A stretch of DNA of 26,226 nt from a virus (lineage: Duplodnaviria; Caudoviricetes). Positions 24,684 to 26,226 of this stretch are shown piece after piece. The notes beneath the pieces were generated by a model. It saw only the letters and a list, made by a program, of their open reading frames with translations. It did not search any database and was not told the DNA's origin. The stretch lies in the IMG/VR virus record IMGVR_UViG_3300024265_000187, positions 1 to 26,226 of that record; one strand, written 5' to 3'. Every line of letters starts with the position of its first letter. The first letter of the stretch is position 1. The translations under genes and the position numbers were made by a program.

Positions 24684-26021
24684 TTACGCCACTCTCAATT
24701 CGGCTTCTATCTCAGCATCCTGTTTCCTGCGCATCTCGACACCGCGCTTAGCCGCCTCGGCGTCATCCAACGGTCCGTCCAGCAGCAATCGAGCAGGAAC
24801 CATGTTATCACTCACCCAATACTCGTCACCATGAATCTGTTCGTCAAATCCAAGATCAAATACTCTATTCACTTCGTTGACCGGAACGCCAGTATTAACC
24901 CACTCCCTAGCCTCCTTCGCGCGATCTAGTTGACGATCTTGCAGAATGGGAACATTGGAAAAATCGAACTTGGCTCGAAATACTCCAAAGCGTTCGTCAA
25001 CCGCAATGTTCCAGAATTCCGCAGCCATCTCAGCCCACGGCATAACAGTGTTCAACCAGAAGTTCTCAGTATCCTTGTCGCGACTGCCACCTCCGATTGA
25101 AACTCCGGACGACGGCGCTTGCGCCCCGAGAAGCGATTCGGGCACGTTGTAGATCGCCAGAATTTCTGCCCGGCTAAGATTCTTAAGCGTCGGAAACTCC
25201 ATATCCTTGTGAGTGGATGACACGGGGAACGGTCTCAACCCATTGCCCATGAACGCCGGTTGATGTGCGCGCTTAGCACCTCCCCGTTTTAACGACCAAC
25301 GTCTTTGCGCTTCTTCGGCCTGATCCTGTGTAAACCGATCGTCGTCGGTAGAAAACACAATCCCCGGATTCGCCCCGTTCTCGAAAAACGATCGGTTGTA
25401 CACGCCGGTGGCAATGTCCGAATACACGGCAAGCCAGCCGGGCGACAAAGGTGACAAACCGTAGACATTACCAAACGGATTGTCCAACTTCCATTCGACG
25501 ATCTCATCACCAGGAATCAACGGTTCATCGTTAGTACGACGGAGCCATCGCCAAGCAAAATCCTCGCCAGTCTTCGGATCTCGTTGAATATCCGGCTTCA
25601 GATCGCGGAGGCCCCAAACGCGCAACGATTTTGGCTTCATGCCCTGCTGATCAACGCGCTCGATAAACACATGTCCATCAGTCAGGATTCGATTCATAAC
25701 GGCAAACATGAACTGCTTGCCGGATTGCTTCATGTTTGGGCGGCGGGCCAAACGAACTTCGGTCCCACTCTTGATTTCCTTCCCGTCCAACGTCCGGTGC
25801 CTGAACGGAGTGCGTGCAACATTCCGCGCAATTAGCGTGACCGCAGAGTACACCCATCCCGACTGAGCATAAGGCTTGTCAGTCTTGACCCCGGACCTGG
25901 AATCGCAATCAATTTCGTCACCGGCAGAAGCAAAATAAGCGGGGAATTCGGCAATCGACACGCAGGCTTTGTAGGCCGCACGAATCAGAATCGGCGGAAT
26001 GAAATCTCTGAATGTTGCCAA
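24684..26021 (-). CDS. Phage portal protein, HK97 family
   Basis: VYSAVTLIARNVA, YGLSPL, FFENGANPG, KDMEF, ILAIYNVPESLLG, VNEVN; TTG start after GGAAGGTGAGG. Confidence 0.93.
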   Translation of the reverse strand: MATFRDFIPPILIRAAYKACVSIAEFPAYFASAGDEIDCDSRSGVKTDKPYAQSGWVYSAVTLIARNVARTPFRHRTLDGKEIKSGTEVRLARRPNMKQSGKQFMFAVMNRILTDGHVFIERVDQQGMKPKSLRVWGLRDLKPDIQRDPKTGEDFAWRWLRRTNDEPLIPGDEIVEWKLDNPFGNVYGLSPLSPGWLAVYSDIATGVYNRSFFENGANPGIVFSTDDDRFTQDQAEEAQRRWSLKRGGAKRAHQPAFMGNGLRPFPVSSTHKDMEFPTLKNLSRAEILAIYNVPESLLGAQAPSSGVSIGGGSRDKDTENFWLNTVMPWAEMAAEFWNIAVDERFGVFRAKFDFSNVPILQDRQLDRAKEAREWVNTGVPVNEVNRVFDLGFDEQIHGDEYWVSDNMVPARLLLDGPLDDAEAAKRGVEMRRKQDAEIEAELRVA

Positions 26022-26055
26022 GGCGCCTCACCTTCCAGCAGGATCACACCGTTCA

Positions 26056-26083
26056 ATCATGCCGGACAGCGAATCAAAGTCAA
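26056..26083 (-). promoter_or_regulatory. Possible sigma70-like promoter upstream of portal
   Basis: TTGACT, 16 bp spacer, CATGAT in the intergenic gap. Confidence 0.35.
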
Positions 26084-26086
26084 GCT

Positions 26087-26224
26087 CTACATGGCAAACA
26101 GCTGCCTCTGCCTGGAGCCCTCCAAGGCTTTGAACCAGCGATTATGCACTCTTTTCTTAGTTCGTGTGCCTATGTTGGTATACCCCATCGCGGCCCAAAA
26201 CTTATTCGCTTCCAAGCCCTGCGC
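26087..26224 (-). CDS. C-terminal fragment (window-truncated) of a probable GNAT acetyltransferase
   Basis: Own translation, not in the ORF track: AQGLEANKFWAAMGYTNIGTR...FAM*; ANxFWxxMGY matches the GNAT motif B pattern. Confidence 0.6.
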   Translation of the reverse strand, partial: AQGLEANKFWAAMGYTNIGTRTKKRVHNRWFKALEGSRQRQLFAM

Positions 26225-26226
26225 GC

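Larger units (their letters stand above)
1..26226. mobile_element. Bacteriophage (HK97-fold, Caudoviricetes-like) genome segment; no att sites, integrase or host genes visible
   Basis: Portal, protease and capsid cluster on the - strand; phage-type replication/recombination cluster on the + strand; dense coupled genes; bacterial SD and sigma70-like signals. Confidence 0.95.

Noticed and set aside
1-26226. Stop-codon reassignment or CRISPR array
   Set aside because: Genes are intact in code 11 and TAA, TAG and TGA all serve as stops; no regularly spaced repeats were seen.

Overview
This 26.2 kb window is an internal segment of a dsDNA bacteriophage of the HK97 lineage, with two convergent arms. 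The + arm (1-10.6 kb) is a replication/recombination module: a truncated DnaX-like AAA+ protein, an SMC/Rad50-like ATPase, a DnaQ-like exonuclease, a RecT-like annealase, a likely SSB, a RecD2-like helicase, an ERCC4 nuclease and an AEP primase-SF3 helicase. The - arm (26.2 to 12.4 kb) is a morphogenesis module: portal, prohead protease, major capsid protein, cement protein, methyltransferase, glycosyltransferase, a head-tail adaptor with a large insertion, terminator-like and tube-like proteins, fibre/LamG proteins and a lipoprotein. It ends in terminators and has no tape measure, sheath, baseplate or recognisable endolysin. Between the arms, a sigma70-type promoter drives a structured ~330 nt RNA region that contains an atypical initiator-like tRNA-Met(CAT), followed by small genes including an XRE HTH regulator. 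The strongest signals are a textbook -1 frameshift cassette at the end of the RecT-like gene, the tRNA-embedding ncRNA candidate and the minimal-tail virion architecture. All protein assignments come from motif recognition by eye; no database search was run. Terminase and integrase are not in the window, so lifestyle and host are undetermined.
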